Made by a program: the position numbers and the translations under genes
From: Octopus sinensis
Taxonomy: Eukaryota
NCBI RefSeq assembly: GCF_006345805.1
Contig: NC_042998.1
Span: 188,108,001-188,172,000 of the forward strand
Direction of reading: 5' to 3'
Length of the DNA: 64,000 nt
In this document: one piece after another, positions 1-14,210 of the stretch
Layout of the letters: the number at the start of each line of letters is the position of its first letter
Position numbering within the stretch: the stretch's first letter is position 1
The notes under the pieces: model-generated
Told to the model about the DNA's origin: nothing
Seen by the model: only the letters and a program-made list of their open reading frames with translations
The model's database searches: none

Positions 1-319
1 AATGAGTATTTCAAGTATCCAGACAGTTCCCTAATATTGATTGCTCCATAGCTGTAGCACACCATAAAATTACCCTACCTAAAAATATGCTGCATTTAAA
101 GCACTGAACCAGTGGTTCCGAGCTTGTAACAAGAGTCTACCATATTTAGTCTGGGTTTTTCGAAGATCCTCTAATTACCAGAAACGCACACACACACACA
201 CACACACACCACACTCACGCACACGCACACACACACATACACACACACACACACACGCGCGCGCACACGCACACGCGCACACGCACACACAGACACACAC
301 ACGCACGGACACACATACG

Positions 320-548
320 TTTCTTTACTACCCACAAGGGGCTAAACATAGAGGGGATAAACAAGGACAGACACACGGATTAAGTCGATTACATCGACCC
401 CAGTGCGTAACTGGTACTTAATTTATCGACCCCGAAAGGATGAAAGGCAAAGTCGACCTCGGCTAAATTTGAACTCAGAACGTAGCGACGGGCGAAATAC
501 CGCGAAGCACTTCGCCCGGCGTGCTAACGTCTCTGCCAGCTCGCCGCC
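320..548 (-). mobile_element. tRNA-derived SINE, family A (Deu/Nin-type central domain)
   Basis: The minus strand has a pol III head (GGCGAGCTGGCAGA...GAGTTCAAAT) followed by GCCTTTCATCCTTTCGGGGTCGATAAATTAAGTACCAG, which resembles the Deu/Nin SINE domain. Near-identical copies occur elsewhere in the window. Confidence 0.85.
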
Positions 549-812
549 TGCACGGATACACATACACACACACGCATGCACACAGAAAGAAATATACACA
601 CGAACACAATCATATACACACATACAAGATATTTACATTAAACAAAAACAATCACAGAAATAACAATGCTTTAAACTAGCAAGGAAATTTCTATGTCGCC
701 ACTCACCCTAGTAATGTGGTAGTTTCGTATCTCCTCAACCATATGCCTACGATTTTAATGGAAGAACTCTATACTTTGGTCCCAAATCCAAAGACAACAA
801 GACTTATTTCGT

Positions 813-2100
813 GCCAACACACATACAAACCAAACACACACACACACGCCAACACGAACACACACGTCAACACACACACATGCCAACACACACACACACA
901 CGTCAACACACACACATGCCAACACACACACACATACACACACGTCAACACACAGAGACACAGACCACACACACACACGCCAACACGAACACACACGTCA
1001 ACACACACACATGCCAACACACACACATTACACACACGTCAAAACACAGAGACACAGACCACACACACCACCCCCACACACACACGCCAACACGAACCAC
1101 AACACACACACATGCAACACACACACACAACAGGTCAACACCGCGAGCACAAACCACACACACACACGCCAACACACACACACGTCAACACACACACATG
1201 CCAACACACACACACACGTCAACACACGGAGACACAAACCACACACACACACGCCAACACGAACACACACGTCAACACACACACATGCCAACACACACAC
1301 ACAACAGGTCAACACACAGAGACAAAAACCACACACACACACGCCAACACACACACACGTCAACACACACACATGCCAACACACACACAACACAACACAC
1401 ACACACTCAAAAACACACCACATGCCAACACACACACACAACGTCAAAACACAGACACAAACCACACACACACACGCCAACACGAACACACACGTCAACA
1501 CACACACATGCCAACACACACACACACAGACGTCAACACACGGAGACACAAACCACACACACACGCCAACACGAACACACACGCCAACACACACACATGC
1601 CAACACACACACACACACACACACGTCAACACACAGAGACACAGACCACACACACACACGCCAACACGAACACACACGTCAACATACACACATGCAACAC
1701 ACACACACAGTCAAACACACAGAGACACAAACCACACACACACGCCAACACGAACACACGCCAACACACACACATGCCAACACACCACACACACAACGTC
1801 CAACACACGACACAACACAACCCACACACACACACGCCAACACGAACACACACGTCAACACACACACATGCCAACACACACACACACAGACGTCAACACA
1901 CAGAGACACAAACCACACACACACACGCCAACACGAACACACACGCCAACACACCACATGCCAACAAACACACACACAGACCAACACATGGAGACACAAA
2001 CACACACAACACGCCAACGAACACACACGCCAACACACACACATGCCAACACACACACACACAGACGTCAACACACAGAGACACAAACCACACACACACA
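813..2100. repeat. CA-derived compound minisatellite, ~85-95 bp higher-order unit
   Basis: Recurring ordered words cgccaacacgaac / cgtcaac / catgccaac / cagagacacaaacc separated by (CA)n spacers. Confidence 0.85.
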
Positions 2101-2233
2101 AATATACAAATATACACACACAAATATACACACACACAAATATACACACACACAAATATACACACACAAACTCATGCACATATACACACGTGAACGCACT
2201 ACTAGACAAGCATATACTTATTCACATACACAC

Positions 2234-2495
2234 ATGTATGCATGTATGTATGTATGTATGTATGTATGTATGTATGTATGTATGTATGTATGTATGTGTG
2301 CATGTATGTATGTATGTATGTATGTATGTATTTATGTATGCATGTATGTATGTATGTACGTATGTATGCATGTATGTATGTATGTATGTATGTATGTATG
2401 CATGATGTATGTATTTATGTATGTATGTATGTATGTATGTGTTTGTCTATAAACAAACGCGAACAAAGATATGAACTGGGAAGGTGAGAGATATA

Positions 2496-2573
<78 letters not shown>

Positions 2574-2586
2574 GAGAGAGAGAGAG
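2234..2586. repeat. (TATG)n and (GA)n microsatellites
   Basis: Directly visible. Confidence 0.95.
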
Positions 2587-2969
2587 TGGAGGATGTTATG
2601 AAAGAATGAGGAGAGTGTGAGAGGAACAATGAACGAGAGACCAGATTAATAGAAAGAGATATGTCAGCCGAATTATTGAGACATTCAGTCAAGTGTCAAA
2701 ATGGTTTGTTGATATCGTTGTTTCAAGGCCATCAGACTAGATGTTGATTGACACAGCGTGATGGGTCAGCTCACTGTTTACAGCCAGACGACTTAAATAA
2801 CAAGACCACTGACATTGATAGGTTGCCAGTCAACTCCTGGAACGCAAGAGGACAAAATAGCGGTGAAAATAGTCATATTAATTCTAAGGAGTGAGCTTCA
2901 GGTAAAAAGGAAAGGAAAAAAAATCTGTCTGCGTATGTGTGTCCGTGCACGCGTGTGTGTGTGTGTGTG

Positions 2970-3003
<34 letters not shown>

Positions 3004-3168
3004 TGTATGTATGTATGTATGTATGTATGTATGTATTTATGCATGTATGTATGGATATATTGCATGTATATATTTATGTGTGTGTATATATATATATATA
3101 TATATTACACACATATATATATATGTGAGCGTATATATATATGTATGTGTGTATATATATATATAAAC

Positions 3169-3726
3169 AGGCACAGAAGTGGCTGTGTCGGGTAAGAAAC
3201 TTGCTTCTTAACCACATGGTTCTGGGTTTAGTCCCACTGCGTGGCACCTTGGGCAAGTGTCTTCTATAACCTCCGGCCGACCAAAGCCTTGAGAGTGGAT
3301 TTGGTAGACGGGAACTGAAAGAAGCCCGTCGTATATATAGGAGTGGCTGTGTGGTAGGTAGCTTGTTTACCAACCACATGGTTCCGGGTTCAGTCCCACT
3401 GCGTGGCACCTTGGGCATGTGTCTTCTACTATAGCCTCGGGCCGACCAAAGCCTTGTGAGTGGATTGGTAGACGGAAACTGAAAGAAGCCCGTCGTATAT
3501 ATGTATATATATATATGCGTGTATGTGTTTGTGTCTGTGTTTGTCCCCTAGCATTGCTTGACAACCGATGCTGGTGTGTTTATGTCCCCGTTACTTAGCG
3601 GTTCGGCAAAAGAGACCGATAGAATAAGTACTGGGCTTACAAAAGAATAAGTCCCGGGGTCGAGTTGCTCGATTAAAGGCGGTGCTCCAGCATGGCCGCA
3701 GTCAAATGACTGAAACAAGTAAAAGA

Positions 3727-3793
<67 letters not shown>

Positions 3794-4020
3794 CTATGTA
3801 TGTATTTGTTATTTGTGTCTGTGTTTGTCTCCCCACCATCGCTTGACAACCGAAGTTGGTGTTTTTACGTCACTGTCACTTAGCGGTTCGACTAAAAGAG
3901 ACCGATAGAATAAGTACTAGGTCTACAAAGAATAAGTTCTGGGGTCTATTTGCTCGACTAAAGGTGGTGCTCCAGCAGGACCGCAGTCAAATGACTGAAA
4001 CAAGCAAAAGAATAAAAGAA
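3169..4020 (+). mobile_element. Family B SINE cluster (CORE-like, internal microsatellite): 5' half 3169-3335, full copy 3339-3727, 3' half ~3800-4020
   Basis: Head GTGGCTGTGTGGTA...GGTTCAGTCCCACTGCGTGGCACCTTGGGCAAGTG; tail GGCGGTGCTCCAGCATGGCCGCAGTCAAATGACTGAAACAAGTAAAAGA. Many copies in the window. Confidence 0.85.
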
Positions 4021-4086
4021 TATATATACACACACACATACATACACACACATATACATAGATACATAGATACATAGATACATACA

Positions 4087-4122
<36 letters not shown>

Positions 4123-4443
4123 TATTATATATATATATATATATATTATATATATTATATATATATATATATATGTATGTATATATATATATATGTCGCT
4201 TTCTCAGACTTCTATTCTTTTTCCCGTCTCTTTTTTTACTGTCACAAACACAGAAACATTCACATATGTTTATGTCTATATATTCTCACAAACAAACTCA
4301 CCAACACACACGTGTGCGTGCATACACACATACACACACACACACGCACTCACATATCAAATCAAATACTTCACATGTTATCATTACATTATGATGATCA
4401 ATCCTTTTTGTTTGGCAGCAGGTCACCTGATATCTTGCCTCAC

Positions 4444-4520
4444 GTTGAGAAATACTGAGCAGCTGCCATAATTTGAGATCGTTTAAAGACGAAGTCGTCA
4501 CGAAGAGCAGTAGTAAATAT
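4444..4520 (-). CDS. Candidate coding exon of an unidentified host gene (IFTTALRDDFVFKRSQIMAAAQYFS)
   Basis: ttttag acceptor, 77-nt open frame, AC|gtgagg donor, unique sequence. No recognised homology. Confidence 0.3.
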
Positions 4521-5094
4521 CTAAAACTAATAATAGTAAAGGAGACCAATCAGAATTATAATCATATACCAATCCCCGCACAATTTAGATCGTCTTCCCT
4601 CTCCATCTTCCATGTGTTTGCAATTGGTTTTAATTTGATTTCTGTCACGTTTTTGGTAAATTCCTCCTGGGCTCATAGGCACTTTCAGATATGACGTCAA
4701 AATTTCCTGTTTTCCTTCTCCACTTTTAATTTCTTTCCTTGAATTTCTTTGCTCCTCTCTGTTTCATTTTCTTATATTACTAATTTCTTTCATATATTCG
4801 CCCATGTTACACTGTTTACTTTTGACATTTTAATTCACTAAATGGGCTACCAATTTTACGTGTAAATGGTCAAGAAAAGCTTGAATCGTAATGTAAGGTA
4901 CTGAAGGAATAATCTCAGACCAGTGATGTTCATATTATTGCAGTACTTTTACTGCAATGTTTCATCATATATGCTTTATCTAAAATAGATGGGCAATTAA
5001 ATAAGTTCCTACCTACATACCTAGATATCTACCTCCCTCCTCCTTCCCTACCTGCCTACACATCGATCTCTCTACCTACTTATGTTTCTGCATA

Positions 5095-5169
<75 letters not shown>

Positions 5170-5187
5170 GTCTGTCTGTCTGTCTGC

Positions 5188-5269
<82 letters not shown>

Positions 5270-5289
5270 GTGGAGGCACACGGCCTAGG

Positions 5290-5583
5290 TGGAGGCACAT
5301 GACCTAGTGGTTAGAGCAGCGGACTCGCAGTCGAGGGATTGCGGGTTCGAATCTCATACCGGGCGATGTGTGTGTTTATGAGCGAACCTAAGCTCCACGT
5401 GGCTCCGGTAGAAGCGAACTTCTGCTGACTCTTTCGCCACAACTTTCTCTCACTCTGTCCTCCTGCATCTTTCAGCTCACCTGCGACGGACCGGCGTCCC
5501 GTCCAGGTGGGGAACCTATACACCAAGGAAACCGGCCCTTATCAGCCAGGCATGGCTCGAGAAGGAACAAACAACAACAACAA
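5290..5583 (+). mobile_element. tRNA-derived SINE, family C, (AAC)n tail
   Basis: A box TGACCTAGTGGTTAGAGC and B box GGTTCGAATCTC; head shared with the copies at 17899 and 51510; CCTGCGACGGACCGGCGTCCCGTCCAGG motif. Confidence 0.8.
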
Positions 5584-5648
5584 GCATGTATGTATGTATG
5601 TATGTATGTATGTATGTATGTATGTATGTATGTATGTATGTATGTATG

Positions 5649-5679
<31 letters not shown>

Positions 5680-5719
5680 ATCTATCATGTCTGTCTATTA
5701 ATATGGTATTATCTATCTA

Positions 5720-6423
5720 GGAAACATGTAGTCTTGGCTTGAACTCTATAAAATGAAATTCGTAGAAAAGAAAATCCCGAAAAGACAAATATAAGAAGTT
5801 GCAGACATGACCACCCATAATTCGAAAGGATAATGGTGGAACGTCCTTATCAAGACTCAAAAAAATTACATGCAAAACAAGCCAGACATAAAGATCTGGA
5901 AGAAGGGGAAGAAACTATTCACAGTACTTGAAATCAGTTGCCCAGTAGGTGCCAACATAATGTTAAAGATCAGTAAAAATGAAATCATACCGAACGGATA
6001 AGAAATATGTATGTACTCCGTCTTGATCACAGCTTTTGATTTCTACTAATAATAACTAGAGTACTTGGTTACGTGACTAACAGCCTCAGTAACAATTTCA
6101 AGGAATTGAGATTCACAAAACCAGAAAGAACACACCAAATCGAAAGATTACAGTTACAAGCTGTCAAAGGTACCATGAAAATATATACGGCATTCTTGAA
6201 GTTCAGTATATGATAAAATCCACAAGTGCAGTGTTATCCATGCGTACGCCCATGTGTACATGTACATATACACGCATGCACTCATACCCATATGTAACAA
6301 GACTACTTCGTTTGATATCGTTTAAACTTCCATGAAAGAGTTTTGTTTCTAAGTTAGAAACAGCTCTTTTTCCATTAGTGAGAAATTCGAAAAATAGAAT
6401 CAAAAGAACAGGCATACATACAT
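5720..6423 (+). mobile_element. Degenerate 3' fragment of an R4/Dong-like RLE LINE, (CATA)n-ending family
   Basis: Translation WWNVLIKTQ...NKPDIKIWKKGKKLFTVLEISCP (PD..E restriction-like endonuclease). The 3' UTR is similar to the reverse complement of 35350-35440 and ends in CATACATACAT. Confidence 0.75.
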
Positions 6424-8633
6424 GGTAATTGCTCTGACTTCACAGATGCTTGTCATCTCATTGTCAATGGAATTTCTGACTCTCCGTCCATGACCTCTCA
6501 GACGACTACTCTGTCCCGTTGCAGATCTGCATGGTTTGAAGGATCGGTGATAGGCGAAAGCTATGAGTTACTACGCGCTTCGAACTCTACAAGTCGCCAT
6601 TCTTCCATCGCCATAGAACTTTCATTTGATGGAATGACAAATGAAATTTCCATAAAGAGATATGTGTAAGTCATTGAATTATAGTGTTAAACGCTTGTAC
6701 AACACAAGTACCACTCTCTGTCTCTGTGATTACTACCAAGTGAGAGGTCGAAGCGAGATGACCAGTAATAACATGAAATTGCAGGTTTTACATCAGTGTC
6801 CCTCTCCTAGAAGGATTTTGTAACAAGAGCTAGGACTCTTTCACTGCCGGTGGTTTTACTATGCACTCTGACACCAACCAAGTGCATGTCTGCTTCCCTA
6901 TGCTCAGATTGCTCCTATATGCTAGTTAATCCATAACCGGGACCCTGACAGGTGCTACTACTCCGGGTTAGAGTATACTTGGGAACAACAGATGCTAAAG
7001 TTGGTTCCACATTCCTTGATTTCCCAATTCAGAACCTCACTATTGGATGCAGTTTAAAATAATACATACATACATACATACATACATACATACATACATA
7101 CATACATACATACATACATACATACATACATACATACATACATACATACATACATACATACATACATACATACATACTTACATACATACACTTTTACACG
7201 TAAGCGTTTTTAATATAACCTTCCTTTTCCTGTTTTGAAAATTATATCTATCTATTTTCCATTGGTCATTCGTGTTGATAGCATCAGGACATTATTTCTT
7301 TTTGTTATTGGTGGAACTAAGAAACTATATATTTTTATGTAGTTGTCTATTTATTTGGTGGGTTTGGTCCTAATGAAAACATACAACAACCACGTGTTAC
7401 TGCAGCATTTGTTATTATAAAAGACTTCCTGCTAACTGTCTTTCAGCTTTCGCCGATTGGTGTTACCAAATATTTTCTACTGAGAGCTATTGCTTGAACA
7501 CTTTTTTTAATTCCTATTTCTATGTACCACTTCTACACACTTAATGTCTGCTCGAAAAATGTACCAGTCGTCTGTCATGCTTTTCACATATGTTGGAATG
7601 GGAATAAAAATTAATGTGTTTGAAATTTGAATATGAAATAATTTCCACTACAGAATCTGTAGTTTTTAACTTGAATCCTTTCTCAGTTCTTTTTCAGGAC
7701 ATGCTAAAAAAAAGAAAAAAATCCTACTATTTCTCATCGTTCCAGTAAAATGCTTAGACGTCGTTATTTATATTTTTCTTTTCTTCGAAATCATCATGAT
7801 GGTAGTTAGTGTTATTTTCATATATACTACTCTTCTTCGAGTCTTGCAGTTGCAATAGTTCTCTCCTTTACTAATCTTCCAACTTTTACAACCTCTTTCC
7901 TCTCACTTTCATCTTATATCTTCACCTCCTGAAATCTCTTCTTCTATAGATTCTGTTGTTTATTTCGGACAACCTAAAAGAAGGAAAAAAAAAAGAAAGG
8001 AAAAAAGAAAAAAACTCTTAGTTGTGGCTATGTTCAAATGTGTTTCAATTGAAAAGGTTTAAGAGTTATATCATATTTGCTGAAGTTTGTACAAAAAATG
8101 TTGCATATGTATGTGGTGGGTCTAGAAATTTAGATATCTTCTGTTCTTAACAACAGTTACTTATCCATTAACTGGTGTTGTTCGTAACAACGAATGAAGT
8201 AACTTTTGCAAGAGACAAAAAAGGCTATAGCATCCGGGCTTCACCATCAGTAGCGTCATGCTCAATTTCCTTATCTTCCTTCTCTTCCTCCTCTCCCCTC
8301 TCTTCCTTCTCTTCCTCTTCCTTCTTTTCTTCCTCCTTCTTTTCTGCCTCCTCCTCCATCATAAACACCACCAACCACCACCACCACCACCACCACCATC
8401 ATCATATTCATCATCATCATATCCAACGTCAGCATGATAGTTGTAGTAATGACTTATAATGATGACAGAGATAGTGAAGATAGTTTTTAGAAGGCGAAGT
8501 GAATACAATATTGGCGGGAACAGCTCTGACAGTATTGACTATATCTTCAATGATAACTCTACCAACAGTGACATTGTGAGCGAAATAATGATACTGTAAA
8601 CAATCATGATGTAAAGCCGAGGGTTACTCTCAC

Positions 8634-8711
8634 CGTTTTTCTCATTGTTCCATTTAATTTCTTGACATTATTCAATAATGTTTTCAAATCGTTAATACGT
8701 TCGTGTAACAT
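8634..8711 (-). CDS. Candidate first coding exon (MLHERINDLKTLLNNVKKLNGTMRKT)
   Basis: ACC-ATG context, in-frame upstream stop, CG|gtgaga donor in phase 0 compatible with 4444-4520. Confidence 0.25.
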
Positions 8712-10500
8712 GGTAGAGTTGATAGATGATGCGAGAAATGTTAAAGATTTGTGTTAAGGATAAGTATCATGTTTGAGTAGCAAGCTAACTCCCTTGAATA
8801 TGGAGAAAACATTTGAATTTTTTGATGTACATAGCAGGAATATTTACTGCTATTCCGCCAAAAAAAGCAACCGCAACTTAACGTGTTTTGCAGTCCGACG
8901 TACATGAATAAGATACATTTTTACTATTATTCCCTCTAAAATAACCCTGGGTCGAATAAATGAAAATAGAATGAATAAGAAATAAAACGCAAAAACTAAA
9001 TATAAGCAGTAAAAACAAAACATACAATCCATTCCCTAATTCCAATAATAAAATCTATTTCTTTACCTGCCAACGAAGTTATGCTTCAATTAACCAGTAC
9101 AAACGTATCTGCCTTTTATATAGTCTATTATCTATTGTTTCCTTTTCTCTCTTCCCCTACTCTCTCTCCCCTTCTTGGCAAGTTTTATCCGCAAATCATG
9201 GCTGTTTTAATAATTCATTATAGATAGTTTCTAACACAACTCCCACATTTATTTAGTTCTGGTGGTAATCAATACATCTAACCCCATCTTTTGTGTACAG
9301 ATTCGTTCTTCCTCTTTGTATATCTCTTGACTGTTCCTGTATTTGTATTATGTAGGAAAGTGAAATATCCTCGCTTTGCGAGCACCTTACTATTTTATGA
9401 AGTAGAGATATTGGTTGAAGTTAATATTCTGTGCGATATATTAGAAATGCTGCAATTTACTAAAAGACGGGAAAACGGGAGTCTACATTATATTTATAAA
9501 GCTAGACGTTTAGCGAAAGACTGCGTACATACATACATGGTTATAACACTAAATGATTGAATAATATTCGATAAGTGGGAGAATTAGGTAAACAAGGAAG
9601 ACATCTAATTAGTATTCTGCAAATTTAATCTGTCAATGGAATAGTGAAAAACAGAATAGTGATCCCTATTTTTCTGTTCACCAAGATGTTTGATATACAA
9701 AGTGCATACAATGTCGGCTAAAAACTATAGATATATAGTGTGGTACAGAATAAGATTGAAACAAAACACCGTAAAAGTAGACATATACACGCGCGTGCTC
9801 GAGTGTATGTATTTTGAGGCCGTTTCGTTGATTATTCTCAACTATAATGCAACGTTCATATCCAAACTTCATAAAAAGAAAGAAAAACTAGAGTTAAGGT
9901 CTAGCTACCGACCTAAAGGTAAAGGAATATATTAGGTGAAATTAACAGGTGTCATTATAATCAATATAGTTCAAGTGAGCAAATCACACGCCCCATTCGT
10001 CATCGATGCGTCAGTGCTATAATAAATGTATGCCTCTTTCTGAGGTTGTATGTATGTATGTATGTATGTATGTATGTATGTATGTATGTATGTATGTGTG
10101 TGTGTGTGTCCCCTAATATAATAACTAAATTTACGATATTTGTTACTTCTAATCTCATAATTCTTATCTTAAGTTTTAACTGTTATCCTACTAAAAACTT
10201 CTGTTGTGGATTTCTTTTAGACTGCGTTAAGCCACGATCGTGGCTTAAAATAGATTCAATCTTCAATAACTTTTGAATAGTTAGACCTACCTACTCTACT
10301 TTTTTCTCCACAAATAGCAGACTTGGTTATAAATGTTTTGCCATATTGATACTAAGCTTACGTTCTGTTTTCTTTTCTTTTTTTTTTATATATTACAGTC
10401 TGAAATTATTATGCTGTATAACAATATACTAAAACTGAATGTCACCACCTGCTCTCGAATCGCAATACCGCAACTATCGAAAGTGATTTTGTGTGTGTGT

Positions 10501-10532
<32 letters not shown>

Positions 10533-10619
10533 GTGTGTGTGTGTGTGTGTGTGTATACATGCATACACACACATCCTTTACTTTTATAATTTTACTTTTT
10601 TTTCGTGAGTTTGGACTAT

Positions 10620-11830
10620 GGAAGAATGTCCGACACTAGTTCTTGGAAGTATGATGACTCTGTAGTCGTCTAATTGGGAGTAGTCAGTATCAGGCGATAC
10701 TGAATCTCCAAACTCGTCTGGCGATGAAGACCTACAGTGTAACATTACATCTAACTTCACTGTGAACGGTCTGTAGACGGATGAGACCTTAGCGTATGAT
10801 TTCCAATGTTTGAAACAAGCTAGGATATCAAATAACATTAATTTTGAACTCTACATGGGAGCTAGTAGATTTAAAAAAAAAAATTCTGAATTGTAGAAGT
10901 GACTAACAGTTATGGTAAAAGCAAAGTACAGAAGCAGACATCTCTGAGAAAATGGTCTTGGCTTGGGGCCTGGGGAAATGGGACCGACGAAAATGAGATG
11001 AAGGCGTACCTGAGATTGTTTAACATGGGACTAATCAAAATGGGAAATTTGAGCGAGTTCCGGTAAACCCCCCATGGGCTGACCAATTTTTGGTTTAACT
11101 TTCACGTGTAATACATTTATGATATTTTATCAATGCTGAACATGATCCATCAAATCAAAAGCCAGTGAGACAAGTTAAATGTAAGTTAAATAAAGACAAG
11201 TTAAATGAAGAAAGATTTCTGTAGATAAAAGTCTAACGAAAATTACTTCATGGAGCGATGTTGTAGAATTATGATCTTACTCCTTTACTTGCCGTTGGGT
11301 ATGTAAAGAAGAAACAAGTGATTTTGTCGTCATCAGCAAGTTCTGTGAAATTGAAAGCGGTCGGCTTAAACTGGGTCGAGAGAAACAAAAGCTAGAAATT
11401 GTTGAAGAGTACAACCGTCACGTGGATGGAGTTGACTTAGTGACATATGCCTGTATGCGTTTCTTGATGAAAGAAAAACGTGGATGTAGACAAAGTTTGT
11501 TCATTAACATTCTGGACAGTATGACTCAAAATTCTTATATCTTGTACTCTAATGTTTTTCAAAAAGAAGGGTCGGAGCCAATATCACGACAGAAATTTAA
11601 AATACAATTGGTTGAAAGTCTTGTTGGAGAATTTAAAGCTATTACAAGTAGAAGGAGGCAATCCTCACATGCTCAGACGGCATATTAGACTTTGCGACAT
11701 CATCTGAAGCAGACTAAATTGCCTGTTGGAAAGTGCAAGAAACTATGGTACATGTATTGATCCTAATACCACTCATCTGAAGAGGCAAAAAACAAGCTTC
11801 ATGTCCAAGGCTAGGACTTTGTTTAGGGAT
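10620..11830 (+). pseudogene. Fossil piggyBac/PGBD-like transposase
   Basis: Acidic N-terminal patch (SGDTESPNSSGDED), EMKAYLRLFNMGL, and IVEEYNRHVDGVDL...LFINILDSMTQNSYILY...RQKFKIQLVESL, matching the piggyBac C-terminal YN..MGGVD/NSYILY motifs. Stops and frameshifts present; no TIR identified. Confidence 0.75.
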
Positions 11831-13749
11831 TTTCTGGGAGAATTATCATCCAGAGGATTAGTACTTTTATTAGTTGGAATATCCTCTTTGGTTTCTGTTG
11901 AATTTTTATTATTTATGAGGATATTTTCCTTGGATTTCAGTATTAAAAATTCCAAGGGAAAATACTTTTTCTTCTATTCTCTCCCAAATCTGGTATATAT
12001 ATTAAAAAAAAAAAGAAATGCGCACATTTCATTTTTTGGCAGTTAATTGCACAATCTTCAATATGCTTTTGTATGCAACAGTTATGCAGGTTATTTGCAA
12101 AAAGGCATATGTAACAAAAAGGTATACGTAACAATGTCTCGAATTAGAGAACAAGCAAACAAAACAAACAACACAAAAGCAATTGTGGTATTAGTATAAG
12201 TAGACTACAGAAGTTTCACTTACAATATCGATTCAAATTAAATAACTTACACATTACTGCATTGTTTAAAGTTCAAGTCGTTCTGATGGTGTGTCTTCTT
12301 AGAATTTCACATCTCTTGAGTTTCTTTAATCCTTTTTTAAAAATAAGTATTAATTTTATAGTTATGTCAATTTTGATGCCTTTGCGCTCTACACCACTTA
12401 AACACGGTTTTGTGCTCAGTCGAAAGAAGCGAATATTATTATTACGAGTATAGATTGTTTCAGAGAAGATTTACTGTTATCATTATAGCGTTTCTAATTT
12501 AAGAGGAAAATTGATAAATAACTTCTTAAAAATAAGGAGACATCCTGATATTTCTGTTTTTCTTTGATAATAATTAACGTAGTATATTTTAATTTCTACA
12601 AAACTGTTTTACTTAAAAAACAGCCGTTTATAATTGTAAATCTACATCTCAAATTATCAAAGCAATTCATTCTCCACTACAAAAACACAGAGTTAAAGAG
12701 TACCAAAATTAAATATTTTCACCAAAAGCATAGAACCTGTTCTTAAAAATTTTAATATTAACTGGTATAAGTTGTTGGAAATCGGAGGTTGCAGACAGTT
12801 TATATCCCCTGTTATAGTGGGTGTGGTTTAGCAGTGAAACTAATAAAAACCAAATCTACTACGATTTTGCTATGCTGCACTGACGCATAATCAAAGTATC
12901 AGTAGTATAATTAATTGTACTTCTCTCTTTACAACAGCGAATTGCATTTAACCAAAAGAAATTCCAAGGAAATTAAAGGTGTTATAGAAAACAAATATTT
13001 AGCTTACAGTGCATAGTTTATCGTCTTGCACAATTCTCTAATGTTGAAGAGCAACAGCTGCAATTACGGTAGTGGAAGGGGTTGTAAAAACAGTGATTAT
13101 TGATGTAGCAAGTACCAGCATTATTGCGGTTTCTTGTGAAACGCGGTCGTGTGCTTAGTAAATGTCTTTCATTCATTCTCAGACTATTCTCATTAGACAC
13201 AGCCACAACAGCCCGTACCTAAATTGTCCTAATCATCACTAATGCCACAAGATTACCAACGCCAGCTGCATCATCAATTCACTCCCATCAGTTAGATTTA
13301 TCATCGCACTCTTTCGGTCATTGAGGGGTACGGGTACACCTATCAAAGAAAGTCATTTACACGTGCTGATGACGATGGTTTCTCGTGATTTGCATACAAA
13401 CTATTATTACACAAACATTTGTAAGTATCTAGTAATTGTATAATTACTTTTCGTAACAATACTAGAACTTGGGTCGAAAGTATAAATTTGTGAGATACAA
13501 ACAGTGGTTAACCTTTATTTTTCGCTGAATCATAAATATCAGTGATCTTTTCGATGGAGCTTACATTGCACTGTAAACCGGAACCTAGAATCACGAGAAT
13601 TTAAATACGTTACCACATGACAGACACTTGAGGTGCGGAAACTTTTCAATCTTTGGGATAGACGCCTGTTAAAAGAAACTTGATTCGCACACAACTTCTA
13701 TCTAACTATGATCCACAATACAAAGAATTATACTCGTACCCACCCCACA

Positions 13750-14115
13750 TACATATATACATACATACATACATACATACACACACACACATACATACAT
13801 ACACACATATATATGTAGATGTGTGTAAATACCTTCATATATAATGTACATACATACATACATGCGTACACACATACATACATACATATATACATGCATG
13901 CATGCATACATACATGCATGCATGTATACATACATACGTACATACATACATACATACATACACACATACATACATACATACATACATACATACGTACACA
14001 CATACATACATACATACACAAATTCTCCCTATCTCTTTACGCGCCCACCTATGCTCCACCACACATATCAGCACTTGTGTGTGGGAGTATCTAAACTATG
14101 TGTATGTGTGTCTCA

Positions 14116-14188
<73 letters not shown>

Positions 14189-14210
14189 AGTGAGTGTGTG
14201 TGCGCGCGCG
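13750..14210. repeat. (CATA)n and (TG)n microsatellites
   Basis: Directly visible. Confidence 0.95.

Noticed and set aside
813-2100. CRISPR-like regular spacing
   Set aside because: Spacers are (CA)n rather than unique; eukaryotic context and no cas genes.
716-2452. 578-, 460- and 464-aa His/Thr-rich ORFs
   Set aside because: Open in all three plus frames because the CA-rich repeat lacks stop codons; no coding signal.
5290-5375. tRNA-like sequences (also 17899, 51510, 53450-53525)
   Set aside because: SINE heads continuing into conserved bodies, with no proper acceptor stem or terminator.
8270-8425. Poly-Ser/poly-His ORF
   Set aside because: Trinucleotide microsatellites without exon support.
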